A stretch of 64,000 nt of DNA from an uncultured archaeon (GTDB lineage: Archaea > Thermoplasmatota > Penumbrarchaeia > JASLWR01), in contig CAYSHM010000007.1 in NCBI GenBank assembly GCA_964430885.1, positions 67,623 through 131,622 on the forward strand, read 5' to 3'. Every line of letters begins with the position of its first letter. Position 1 is the stretch's first letter. Below the pieces are notes generated by a model. It saw only the letters and a program-made list of their open reading frames with translations. It made no database searches and was not told the origin of the DNA. Both the position numbers and the translations under genes were made by a program. Below, piece by piece: positions 50,201 through 58,950 of this stretch.

Positions 50201-51268
50201 ATCCAGAAAACCAATGAAGAACTGGTTCTCAACAGATATCTGACCTCCACTATTGACGCAGCCAGGAGAGGGGTAAAGGTCAAGGTTCTCCTGGACAGTG
50301 CTTTTGTATGGGGATGGAGCCATTCATGGGACAATGGCGATACCGTTTGGTATCTTAACAAGATCGCCGGAATGGAAGGTCTCGATCTAGAAGCAAGGCT
50401 TGTAGCACTGAACGGTATGAGCGGGAGAGCTTCACTGGAGAAGGTCCATAACAAGGGAATAATCGTTGATGGGGAAAGTGTCCTGGTTTCATCCATAAAT
50501 TGGGGGGGGACCTCCGTTCTTAAGAACCGGGAAGCAGGCCTGATCGTGACCAATTATGAAGTAGCAGCCTACTATGAAAGAGTATTTGATTTCGACTGGA
50601 ATCTCAGCATATTCAATTTCGTTTCCCCATACATACTCCATTCAGCAAACCGTACGTTAACACCCAGGGGTAATACTCAGACCAGAATTTCTCTGTGCTA
50701 TTTGAACAACTCACTACCATCAACTCTGAAATTCGGTTTAACCACAAATGGGCCGATAGAGGTGAATCTCAGTCATGAGGATATGCGTATCTATCCGGGT
50801 GAGACAAGGGAATTGATACTTTTCATAGAATCCTCCGAGGATGCTATACCTGGAACTCCCTGCGGTATCAAATTGAGCCTTACTGTTGACAACAGCACTC
50901 AGGACTTCTTATTCATCGAATTGAACATTACTAAGATGAAGAAAATTTCCGCAGAAAAGGGAAACGATTCTCATTGGGATACCATTATGAACATTTTAAC
51001 CGTTCTATTGGTGGCGGGTCTGATACTTATTGCCGCAATAGCCAGGGACTATCTGCTGAAAAGCCAGGATGTGAGGAATGGTATGAATATAAAAGAAACA
51101 AAGGACGGAAAGGAAGCTTCAGATAATGAAAATACTGTTGAAGAAGTCGAAATCAAAGAGGGCGAAACAAGAAAGAACACGAAGAAGAATGCAGATAATA
51201 TTTTTATTGCAACAATCGAAAAAGAAGTAGATTTAATAGAAGAAGAAAATCAACCTGATGAAGTATAG
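44222..51268 (+). CDS. Giant membrane-anchored protein with five lamin-tail domains, CARDB/Ig domains and four PLD-like domains (two intact HKD, two degenerate)
   Basis: LTD starts 'ILINEF..DP...EYIEL.N', 'ITINEF', 'LLINEI', 'IIITEI', 'VIITEV'; HAKYMIID (49724) and HNKGIIVD...SSINW (50447); N-terminal signal/TM and C-terminal TM. Confidence 0.85.
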   Translation: MIGSISRCLIQKKLVMKWVISLAVLFLILLPGIITGLSKNEYEPSLSSNQSVKKTYSNRSARATISDILINEFMADPEEDFNNDGSPNTDDEYIELFNPTLEAVNISRCILDDIEGAGSSPYEMVNMEILPLSYLIFFREDTGLVLNNNGEERVRLLSPDGEDIDNFTYTSTKNNRCWNRRGDGNETWTIPRLNTPGLPNPSIPRITINEFLSDPETESTDEWIELYNAGDDSINMTEWTISDMDSNIYQFPELVLKADDYAVLNIGSNSGKYQTSKARGFIELFMENPNQVLTDSGDDILLSDDIGVGVDYISYGNGSSVDGCPEPLAFHGTIDLLGEGVSMALLPNGRVTDYASEYTVMIEGNITKGWNNSLPQSIALPGLSGFDTSASGEAVNFTMRNNCNATSEWWVTDDLNRTDWNLQYDGNLDLEPFEKTRFSMTIEPESNVMSGENISFNLAFTSRLSSGIVFLTEIIATKNADLLINEIMIDPKGADSENDEWIEIINKGETAVSLADWKLFSDVSDIENIYEVEPIYVFPNCSLSPENVLLLHSTPYNESHFSDECSHLFINQSNIWTNTRGSAALISPSYSGKDMIRWGDGDLASVRPDIFIGSCPKPGSGYTLARKWYLEDTNEHTDYFIPPMENMTPGLPNKDIYSYLIDHPHELSIVEYDSHNRFDINVHNTGNRSAAYEISIEWEVLTIKNGTVKSGDAEGKWGLYLERFQENIDPGRSNSLFMNVLSPRNEIHTDIIPLGIKANFYIWPSEDPHRKEQKVFFFQLPLIDLHISDLIVEREKEIFDNENITQGEILEISLTLTNLGPVNSSGVSVNLYVDEISETTIADSKYYSSIPGTIYGGARHPKFSLDTLLYPGKRRFIVLLEPGIPVNDASLENNKVETVLNVTPLVRPEGENEIIITEIYYYSYLEDQEDEYVTIYNRGNRTFDISGWQLCSDPSSPIDKGLKFPSGTHIIPKNYITVAKNGYALDTTSRIKADFDTVGGIFEDMERAEIQWIDLKDYSGMVTLRTHERWVIDSVLYGNEELNRYGWSGEGVPRVSKGFMCRRNQYDGDYSDSNTSSDFNLLKQYSIGKYTGKISEPSEQCIEEMFSTAHHGPEKIEQMISESDEELLLMSEKLESASLFSWLQEALMENVDVRILLEGHPYGGISDEQRFITHELFLLGAEIYYLDDRYNDYGFRRFETLGANFLVVDGESAIIQSSPFTETGCSALEYHGVKGMGFLLDQNGASFMRELFFSTINSSCMDVNNYYQNHTHYGSPEPDYEFEPDEIRHTVQYDQDELKSFHGGFISIYPYSSHEASNATVIDVNHIITQGLDLNIMNRGIAQQEFDPLMAGIMDAEEKICILTERFSPVLDDNNINAKMQMVLPHLYALMAKAESGVEINILLDISQAELRFVEEANAPSESGYNILDEQMQPSGVMESATWINALANDLNIENLHIRFDYLDGAKGIEGTMIQSDGKSLALSSAGLVYEDLYLNMHWAGKVNLNGADEMDALWEYWWNNSIPLTRHNSRDIEEDDDLSEKVIITEVFYDSITSQRPDQYIRLHNPTDDDIDLSWWKITDKQSSNNGYEGTLVFPRNTLIKSGDDLLIAREGKAYWDLTTIEPNFEYQKDTLPNVQDLLAIKGIPILTNPGDDVFLLDEYHRIIDAAAYGISGYSGIGWNGPASPSVDRGCILRRTYQSGSFIDTNSSSDFMNIRPYRPGQSDFKTAGFDIEGNVTCFVSPDCSFPEMITALDSAKRSLYVNVYQFHNPHLLDKMVNMSLDGIIIKVLLEGGPVGGVTDYQKYVSNKLNDSGADVRYMISDRTEGIGARYDFNHAKYMIIDNRTVVVLSENFKISGIPLNSSYGNRGWGIAVDDPNLANYFSQVFFHDFNSAMKDIFSYEDKNEKYGEPPEDMDMNYHIRTGAYMKRFDAIKVKGNSSVKPVFSPDTSSLEEGPVIALIENAVRTIKIEQLDVDLHWRGDWTLNWSRPEDYYIQKTNEELVLNRYLTSTIDAARRGVKVKVLLDSAFVWGWSHSWDNGDTVWYLNKIAGMEGLDLEARLVALNGMSGRASLEKVHNKGIIVDGESVLVSSINWGGTSVLKNREAGLIVTNYEVAAYYERVFDFDWNLSIFNFVSPYILHSANRTLTPRGNTQTRISLCYLNNSLPSTLKFGLTTNGPIEVNLSHEDMRIYPGETRELILFIESSEDAIPGTPCGIKLSLTVDNSTQDFLFIELNITKMKKISAEKGNDSHWDTIMNILTVLLVAGLILIAAIARDYLLKSQDVRNGMNIKETKDGKEASDNENTVEEVEIKEGETRKNTKKNADNIFIATIEKEVDLIEEENQPDEV

Positions 51269-51681
51269 AGTTTCCCAGAATAACGCTGTGAGAAATAATT
51301 CATATGATTAAGCTAAAGCTGAAATCCATTTGAGAAGCAAAATTTTCATAAAAAATAATCTACATACCAAAAACCATTCTGAGAACTATGTCCAAGTATT
51401 GGTAAAAAAGGAAGAGGAACGGCCAATAGACACAACCCAATAACAATAAATTTTGACCAAAATAACAGTTGAAATGTACTTTCATAATATGGAAATACAA
51501 ATATTTTCGACCGTTCCAATGAAGTATGCAGTATTTTCTTGTATTTATAATTTGTTCAAATTTTTAAATTTCTAATATCCTTTGATTTACCATCAGCTTT
51601 ATCTCCATTTCATTCCGAACGGAAAGGAACCACTTATCTATTGGATCGAGAATAAAATTTAAAACGGCGCGATGAATGCAC

Positions 51682-54450
51682 CTACTCCAACTCACCCTCA
51701 GTACCGCAATTTGGACATACCACGATAAGGGGTCTCCTGTCGCTGGTCACTACTATCTCGCCCCCGCATTTGTAGCATTCGACCTTGGGTTCATCCATAT
51801 CAAATACCTTCTCATGCTCCTCTTCCGCATCGTCATCTGATGCCTCTGCCTTTAATTCCTCTTCAACATCTGCATAAGGGCTGTCTCTAGCCAGAGCCAA
51901 GGATGGGTCAGGCATGATACCTAGACTGGCTGGAATGAAAGGGGAGATCATACCGGCTTCAGGCGGGAACATTTGATGCCTTAATGCGGGATTGAACTCT
52001 GGTAGGAGAGGATAGGGCATGTTTGCTCCAGGATATGGAGGCCAGGGCAGCTGGGGGAATGCCATTGGAGGGAAAGGAACTTCATGCATGCCCGATCCCC
52101 CCAGATGGTCAGGTTCCTCAAACTCACTCTTTTCGGTTCTGTTCCTGCGCTCTCGGTTGATCAATATTACCATGAACAGGAGCAGTAAAAGAAGAATGAT
52201 AATAATTATAAAGATCATGTAGTTATCCTTTACACTGGAGTAGAACTTTGAATCGCCATCTGAACTGGATTCCACATCATCATATGGGTCCACTATTGTA
52301 TCCGGAGTGCTGAAGGTCACTTCAAAGGTTGATTTTGTGGAGATCCCATTCACTATCACTTCAACTGTATATTTACCCACAGATAGAGGTGTCCACTTGA
52401 ACTTTTTGGTCTCCAGAAATGATGAATGCTCGAATTGATCCACTGACTGCTCGCCGATTATCTTGTCGCCTACCATAATCTTAACGGCAACATCATGCAG
52501 TTCGCCTCCGATGTTGTTCAAAGAGGCGCTTATGGTCATCTCTTCACCTATGACGGGCTCTGACGGTTTTAGGTTTATCCCCTCCACTAGTATTTCTCCA
52601 TCACGAATAAAGACCACTACCATGTCAGAATCAGAATCATGACCGTCAGATATGGTAAGGGTAATTTGATGCACTCCGGGATAGAGTTTGTGAAGGAAAT
52701 ATTTTTCACTGCCCAGATTCCCCTGGACATCTGATTCCCATCGGTATGACAGTCTGTCGCCGTCCTCATCTGAACTGCCGTTTGCAGAGAATACTATCAT
52801 AGGATCTGATGAGGTGTATACATCCTCCTGTGTTGAAGGAGAGCTTATGATCGCTTCAGGTTCCAGGTTTGCTATCGAAACCTTGGGACTCACAGCCATG
52901 GATTGGGCAAATCCGTCGCTGACCATCAGCCTGCACCACCATCGGTCACCCACGGTGAGCTCAGAGGAAGAAACAGAATTTTCGGTTATACCCGGATCAT
53001 TCTCCACATTGCTTCCTTCACTGCTATAGAACCATTTGAAAGTATAGTCCAGTTCGTCACCGTCAGGATCGTCAGGGACATCTATAAAATTACAGGTGAG
53101 GTCTGTAAGGGTAGTGGGTTTTGACGGTTCGATCACTATATTGGGTTCAGTTGGAGCTTGATTAAACAGCTCAAAGGAATCCTGGTAGATCTCGGATGTG
53201 AGACCGGCGGGATCAGAAGCCCAAAGCTGAACATGGTATTCTTCGAGGTATTCGAGTTCCGTGGTAAATTCATATCGCGGATCAGAAGTGTTGAAACCGT
53301 CCACAATGTCCTTTCCGCCCAGGTGAGTGCCTATGTTTATCGAATAAACCACATCGTCGCCATTTGGGTCCTCCACAGGATACCAGGTGAGTACCGGAGT
53401 CAGATCATGAAGATCTGAAATGTTGAAACCATTTATTTCTGACGGCGGAAGATTCCGCTCGATCTCCAGGTAACCTGGGCTCCAGGTGCCGCTGTCAGCG
53501 CCTTCGTCGTCGCTTACCAATCCATAAACATAATATTTTCCATTCTCAAGTTCTGAAATATCCCACAAATATTCTCCGGTATTCATCAGATTCGTGGCTA
53601 TCTCCTTATTTGAGCTTATATCTAGTACATCGTTGTAGAACAGATCAACGTAAAGGGTTTCGTTCTCATTTTCATCTGTTGCATTCCACCGGATCAAGAG
53701 TTCATCCTCAGCATTCGCATTTCCCATTGGTGGATCCATCAATTCGATCGACGGCACATAATTTGGTATTCTCACATCGATGACAAGTCCCGCTTCGGCC
53801 AGCGATTCGTAAACATCCCACACTGTCAGATTGATGTGATGCCGACCCGGACTTAGCTTGGTAGAGAAACTCTTATCCAGAGACAGGGGGCCGTCAACTG
53901 AAGATTCCCAATAGAAATAAAGTTCGTTCCCGTCGGGATCGCTTGAGGGAGAGGCATCAAAGGTAATGGAATCATCGGTGGTGTATTCATCACCATCGCC
54001 GGGTGAGGATATGGCTGCGGTGGGTGGATTGTTTACCACCACTGTGATGGTAATCAGATCCGATCCGCTGTCTATGGAATCATTCACATCCAGACTTACC
54101 ATCCAGCTCCCTACATCGAGGGTCTCGAAGAAGAAGTCAGTGGATCGGATTATCGGAAACATCCCCGGTCCCGGCTGAGCGTTAAGATTCATGAGCATCC
54201 ATGAGTAAGTGAGGGGATCGCCATCAGGATCGATTGAGTTTGATCCGTCAAATAGAATGGCTGCATTATTCGCATATGTTCCTCCGTTGGTGGGGCTTGT
54301 TATTATTGCTTGGGGCGGCTGATTTGCCCGTGCCCCAGAGGCTTCGGATGACAACTGTGAAAATGGTAATAGGAAAGTAAATACAATTGAAATAATAAAG
54401 ATTGACGCAATTAGAAAACTAACCTTCTTGCCATTTATTAATTGAACCAT
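51682..54450 (-). CDS. PKD/Ig-repeat surface protein with TM, Pro-rich cytoplasmic tail and C-terminal zinc ribbon
   Basis: 'NQPP.A.I.SP...FDGS.S.DPDGD.L.Y.W' repeats; TM; PPMAFPQLPWPP; CYKC...CPNC. The start is probably ATG 54450. Confidence 0.8.
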   Translation of the reverse strand: MVQLINGKKVSFLIASIFIISIVFTFLLPFSQLSSEASGARANQPPQAIITSPTNGGTYANNAAILFDGSNSIDPDGDPLTYSWMLMNLNAQPGPGMFPIIRSTDFFFETLDVGSWMVSLDVNDSIDSGSDLITITVVVNNPPTAAISSPGDGDEYTTDDSITFDASPSSDPDGNELYFYWESSVDGPLSLDKSFSTKLSPGRHHINLTVWDVYESLAEAGLVIDVRIPNYVPSIELMDPPMGNANAEDELLIRWNATDENENETLYVDLFYNDVLDISSNKEIATNLMNTGEYLWDISELENGKYYVYGLVSDDEGADSGTWSPGYLEIERNLPPSEINGFNISDLHDLTPVLTWYPVEDPNGDDVVYSINIGTHLGGKDIVDGFNTSDPRYEFTTELEYLEEYHVQLWASDPAGLTSEIYQDSFELFNQAPTEPNIVIEPSKPTTLTDLTCNFIDVPDDPDGDELDYTFKWFYSSEGSNVENDPGITENSVSSSELTVGDRWWCRLMVSDGFAQSMAVSPKVSIANLEPEAIISSPSTQEDVYTSSDPMIVFSANGSSDEDGDRLSYRWESDVQGNLGSEKYFLHKLYPGVHQITLTISDGHDSDSDMVVVFIRDGEILVEGINLKPSEPVIGEEMTISASLNNIGGELHDVAVKIMVGDKIIGEQSVDQFEHSSFLETKKFKWTPLSVGKYTVEVIVNGISTKSTFEVTFSTPDTIVDPYDDVESSSDGDSKFYSSVKDNYMIFIIIIILLLLLLFMVILINRERRNRTEKSEFEEPDHLGGSGMHEVPFPPMAFPQLPWPPYPGANMPYPLLPEFNPALRHQMFPPEAGMISPFIPASLGIMPDPSLALARDSPYADVEEELKAEASDDDAEEEHEKVFDMDEPKVECYKCGGEIVVTSDRRPLIVVCPNCGTEGELE

Positions 54451-54668
54451 GCTACGCAACTCCAAATAATATCTAAGGTAAACATCAAGATGTAACAAGA
54501 TTAACTATACTTGATATATGCTTAACAACTCAATAACTCAATTATTACGAGTTAGGGAATCCTGCACTTAGACCTTAAATAAATATAAAAATATAATCCC
54601 TCTAATATAATAATTCCTTTTGCAGTATTTGGGAAGAGAATAGTTAAGCAGGCGTATTAGAATGACCT

Positions 54669-56426
54669 TCACATGCCCCAAAATTTGCTCTCTTTTCTTT
54701 TTATGGTCCTCACGGTCTCAAGAATGTCCTCCTCATCCACATTGAGAGGTATAGAACGGAGTTTCTTGGAATCTTCCTCAGGTATATCAACATAGAGAAC
54801 GTCCCCTTCATCTATCTGTCGGCCCACTGTGACCTTCTCCACGGAAATTGCCACCTCATCCCCTGCCTTGGCCTCTATGACGGATTTGCGGTCCAGCTGA
54901 AGGCTCTGTATCAAACCGACAACTCTGCCGTCGGACCGGAGGATCCTTTGACCCTTTCTCACCCTGCCGCAAAGCACCCTAATACCGACCACCGCAGGTT
55001 TGGATACCCTGAAAATACAATCGGGTAGAATTTCGAACTTCCCAGGATGAACTATACATCCCCTCGCTTCCTTATCAAGACAAAGACGTTTATCCGATCT
55101 CCATTTGGCAAAATCCTCAAGAAGCTTGTAAAGAACGTTGTCCATTAATATTTCAACATCGTTCTCATTGATAAGTTCCTGAGCATCGGGAAGTACTTTT
55201 ACATTGAATCCAAGAATCATCTGGTTATATTCACCGCACATGGTGGAAGCATCGACGACATCCCTCCTTGAAATGTCTCCCACTTCAGCCCTGTTTATGG
55301 GGACTTCCTCCTTTAATAGCTCGTTGGATATGGCTTCCAGGGATCCGATCGCGTCGGCCTTAACAATGATACCCTGCTCCTCTAGACAGATGTTGATCTC
55401 CGTTTCACAGCGTACCTCTTCAATGATCTCTTCAAGGTTTTCATTGGCCACCCTGAGCGGTGAACCGGATACTACGTCCTCAAGACCAGGAGCAACTATC
55501 TTCACTCCTATGGCTGCTGAAACGCTTCTAACTTGGTCGAACTTCTCCCGCGGATCCCTTATCTCATCCAGGGGCTTTGGTTTCAGGAGAGCCTTGACCC
55601 GAGTAACTATAGGGGCATTCTTACCCCCGACAACTATGGTATCATCGTAACTGATCCTACCTGAATATATGATTGTATCCAGGGTAGTACCGAGGCCCTT
55701 CTTTTCCTTGACCTCAAGAACAGTGCCCTCGCCCGGACCTGACACTATTGGCGTATCCAGATCATCATGAAGGAATTTCTGGGCCAATCCCACTAGCATA
55801 GCCAATAGGTCCGGAAGCCCATCACCGGCCTCGGCGCAAATCGGGATGATGGCCACAGTTCTCCTGAAATCCTTTATCCGATCAAAGCGCTCGGTATTGA
55901 ATCCTTCATCAAAGAGCTGGCCAATCAGTTTATAGGTCAATTGATCGAACCTTTCAAGAACATGCTCCTCCTGGGCATCGATCATTTCTCTGAAACTTAG
56001 CCCTTTCCCTTTTACCCAACCGTTGATACGGTCTACCTTGTTCAGGGCAACTACAAATGGAGTTTTATGTTCTCTTAAAATTCGGAGAGATTCAATGGAT
56101 TGTGGCATCAGTCCCTCAAGTATGTCAACTATCAGAACCGCCATGTCCGCCAGGGCGCCACCCCTGGATCTCAAGGTGGTGAAGGAATGATGACCGGGAG
56201 TATCAATGAACAATAATCCGGGGATTATTGTACGGGGAATCATTTCGGGACCTGCTATCTTCTTGATGGTGTCGGTGGGCACCTCTGTAGCGCCAATATG
56301 CTGGGTGATCCTTCCGAATTCCCTCTTGGTAACTGATGTACCTCTTATCCTATCCAATAATGTCGTTTTCCCGTGGTCAACATGACCCAAAACACTTAGA
56401 ATCGGCTGTCGGATTGCCATAGTCAT
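54669..56426 (-). CDS. infB: Translation initiation factor aIF5B (archaeal IF-2)
   Basis: IRQPI..VLGHVDHGKTTLLD, GITQHIGA-like RITQHIGATEVP, FIDTPGH, LNKVDR, FR.SKPAVVG, FWGM end. Confidence 0.97.
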   Translation of the reverse strand: MTMAIRQPILSVLGHVDHGKTTLLDRIRGTSVTKREFGRITQHIGATEVPTDTIKKIAGPEMIPRTIIPGLLFIDTPGHHSFTTLRSRGGALADMAVLIVDILEGLMPQSIESLRILREHKTPFVVALNKVDRINGWVKGKGLSFREMIDAQEEHVLERFDQLTYKLIGQLFDEGFNTERFDRIKDFRRTVAIIPICAEAGDGLPDLLAMLVGLAQKFLHDDLDTPIVSGPGEGTVLEVKEKKGLGTTLDTIIYSGRISYDDTIVVGGKNAPIVTRVKALLKPKPLDEIRDPREKFDQVRSVSAAIGVKIVAPGLEDVVSGSPLRVANENLEEIIEEVRCETEINICLEEQGIIVKADAIGSLEAISNELLKEEVPINRAEVGDISRRDVVDASTMCGEYNQMILGFNVKVLPDAQELINENDVEILMDNVLYKLLEDFAKWRSDKRLCLDKEARGCIVHPGKFEILPDCIFRVSKPAVVGIRVLCGRVRKGQRILRSDGRVVGLIQSLQLDRKSVIEAKAGDEVAISVEKVTVGRQIDEGDVLYVDIPEEDSKKLRSIPLNVDEEDILETVRTIKRKESKFWGM

Positions 56427-56590
56427 GCCACCTCCTTAATATAACTGTCAGTCCTCCGAAACAGGAATGACCTTGAACTAGAATAGAACATATAAACCTA
56501 ACTGTTCCAATAATCACTCTAGCAGTTATCAAGGGAAGCTTTTCACCAATAGGTAAACCAACAGACTAACTGTTCAATGTAGGATACAAT

Positions 56591-58876
56591 CTACCCGCTT
56601 TTGTCCTTTTTGCCCTTTCTTGAATAAAGAAAGATGATCAAGGCTATAAATGTAATTACAGCGGCCATAAGCATCCACCACGGAAATTCGCTTGATTCGG
56701 GGATTCTAATGGATTCGCCAGGTACCAGCTCGGCCCTTGTAGTATCATAGCAGAGACTTTCCATCAGATATGACCCCCCTCTTTCAGTCGAAGGTGTTGG
56801 CTCCTCGTATATGGCGGATCTAGGAAGCTCATCATGATATCCGCCTTCAGACAAGGTGAATACCACGCTTAATTCATATTCAACCCTCAGCTCCACATAG
56901 CTTAGTTCCTGGAGAGGACGGGGAATCCTTATTCCCATTCCGATTATATCGAAGATTAGCATTCCACCCCCTTCAACGCTCAAATCCATTCTGTCCACTC
57001 CGCCCCCAAAGAATGAAAGGTCGCTCTGATGTTCTGGATTCCCATCTCCGTTCGTATCCACAGTGAAAGCGAGGTCACCAGCTTTGAATTCTTCGACATC
57101 TATGTTAGCATACTCCAGTATGATCTCCGCTTCCTCTGCCCCTTTGGGAACCACAACAAATTTCGTCTGGTTAACTAGGGAAAGTGGATTTCCAGATTGA
57201 TCATTATATCTTGAATATTCTCCCGACCAGCTTGCATGGGCCTTGGTGGTATTTGAGAGGGTCATACTGCTTATATTGTAGTTATCATAGGAACGGATAG
57301 CATCACCTACAGATATATTTGAATCAGGGTAGCGTTCCCTTAGCCTGTGAAGAGTCAGGGCTATACCCACGGCTCTTTTGGCATCCACTATACCGTACCC
57401 CTGCACATAATCCACAGGTTTCCCCCACCAGCCTGTTGAATTTGTATCTCCGCCTACATTCCCGTGCTCCTCAGTGGGAGGGAGGAACTTTGCCGACGCT
57501 TCAAGTATCCACTCCGATTCATGTATCCTTGTAAGAGGATTGGAGTACCATCCTTCAGGGTCGTCCCCTGAATAATCCTCATGCAGATGTGAGATTCCCA
57601 TGTCCGGACAGGCCTGCCACAGAAGTGCGACCAAACCTGCTACATGGGGTGTGGACATGGATGTTCCCGAAATGGCCAGGTAGTATGGATTTCGATTGCC
57701 TCCTACATAACTCGCTCCGCTGATAATTGTTCTTCTGGCCGAGGCTGACCAGATGCTTCTTCCAGGTGCTCCAACATCGGGATATGTATGATTGGCACCT
57801 ACCTTTCCTCTTGATGAAAAATCTGTAACTGCTGATCCATCCCTCTCATAAGCCCCAACCATTATAGCTACTGGAGTATTCCCCTGACCGGAAGTTGTCA
57901 GTTCCTGGCCCTCGGGGTCATCCCTGCCGTCGTTTCCAGCAGACCACGTGGAAACCACATTGTTCTCGAAGCTAAGCTTCTCAATCATCTGTGTTAATAG
58001 TGATTGTGGATCATATTCTGTAACGGTGGAATGCCAGGAATTTGTTACTACACGGATATTATGAGGATTGGCACCAGGTCTAGAATGGTCGTAAACCCAT
58101 TCCAGTCCCTGAATATAACCGTCCTCGTAAGGTGAAGTTACCTCCTCTGGAATTGATACAGTTATCCCAATTAGATTGGCACCTGGAGCAACTCCTCTGC
58201 GAGAACCTGCTGAGGCATCACCGTTACCGGCTACAGTTCCGGCAACATGGGTTCCATGCCCGTAATTTGTATCTGTGTTCTCACCTTCCAACCACAATCC
58301 GTTACCGGCATCGTAGACATTCAAAATGGTCTTTGTTGTGTAATCAAGATCCGGATGACCTGCATCAATGCCTGTATCCACCACACACACTGTTACTCCT
58401 GAACCATCGATGGGTGACTCGATGCCCTCGGAGGTCTTGACCACTGAGGCCCAAACCTGTGTTGCATTGATCACATCGGTTGATTTCTCCATATCTGTAG
58501 TTACAGGATCGTTGCGCTCTATGAAAACAACATTCTCTATGTTTGAAAGCGCATCCAATCCGTTAAAAGGACCATTTACTGAGAGAGCCGGTACTGCATG
58601 GAATGTGCGTTCTATCTCATAGCCCAATCCCCTGATATTATCCAGTTCAGTCCTTGAGGGTTCTGAAGTGAACTGTACTATGAATCTTTCCGATGGATCA
58701 TTATACCCGGAACCAATCGATATTTCACTACTTATCTTTGAAGATATTCGAAAATGATCGTTTGGATCTTGATTATTGGCCTGGATAATGGATATGCAGA
58801 ATAGATTAAGCAAAAATAGAAAAGCAAATACTAAAGCATAGTGCACTGGTTGGCCGAAATATTTTCTTAATGACAT
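56591..58876 (-). CDS. Membrane-anchored S8 (subtilisin-like) serine peptidase
   Basis: Catalytic triad VDTGID / HGTHVAGT / GTSMSTPHVAG; SAGN oxyanion motif; I9-like propeptide; signal peptide; C-terminal TM followed by RKGKK. Confidence 0.93.
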   Translation of the reverse strand: MSLRKYFGQPVHYALVFAFLFLLNLFCISIIQANNQDPNDHFRISSKISSEISIGSGYNDPSERFIVQFTSEPSRTELDNIRGLGYEIERTFHAVPALSVNGPFNGLDALSNIENVVFIERNDPVTTDMEKSTDVINATQVWASVVKTSEGIESPIDGSGVTVCVVDTGIDAGHPDLDYTTKTILNVYDAGNGLWLEGENTDTNYGHGTHVAGTVAGNGDASAGSRRGVAPGANLIGITVSIPEEVTSPYEDGYIQGLEWVYDHSRPGANPHNIRVVTNSWHSTVTEYDPQSLLTQMIEKLSFENNVVSTWSAGNDGRDDPEGQELTTSGQGNTPVAIMVGAYERDGSAVTDFSSRGKVGANHTYPDVGAPGRSIWSASARRTIISGASYVGGNRNPYYLAISGTSMSTPHVAGLVALLWQACPDMGISHLHEDYSGDDPEGWYSNPLTRIHESEWILEASAKFLPPTEEHGNVGGDTNSTGWWGKPVDYVQGYGIVDAKRAVGIALTLHRLRERYPDSNISVGDAIRSYDNYNISSMTLSNTTKAHASWSGEYSRYNDQSGNPLSLVNQTKFVVVPKGAEEAEIILEYANIDVEEFKAGDLAFTVDTNGDGNPEHQSDLSFFGGGVDRMDLSVEGGGMLIFDIIGMGIRIPRPLQELSYVELRVEYELSVVFTLSEGGYHDELPRSAIYEEPTPSTERGGSYLMESLCYDTTRAELVPGESIRIPESSEFPWWMLMAAVITFIALIIFLYSRKGKKDKSG

Positions 58877-58950
58877 ATTGAGAATAACATCGTGCAATGT
58901 AAATAAACATTATGATAATGTTCCATAGATTATATACCGGACCTGATATA

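Noticed and set aside
51269-51681. ~410-nt AT-rich gap between convergent genes
   Set aside because: No credible ORF, terminal inverted repeats or stable structure is visible; likely a terminator region.
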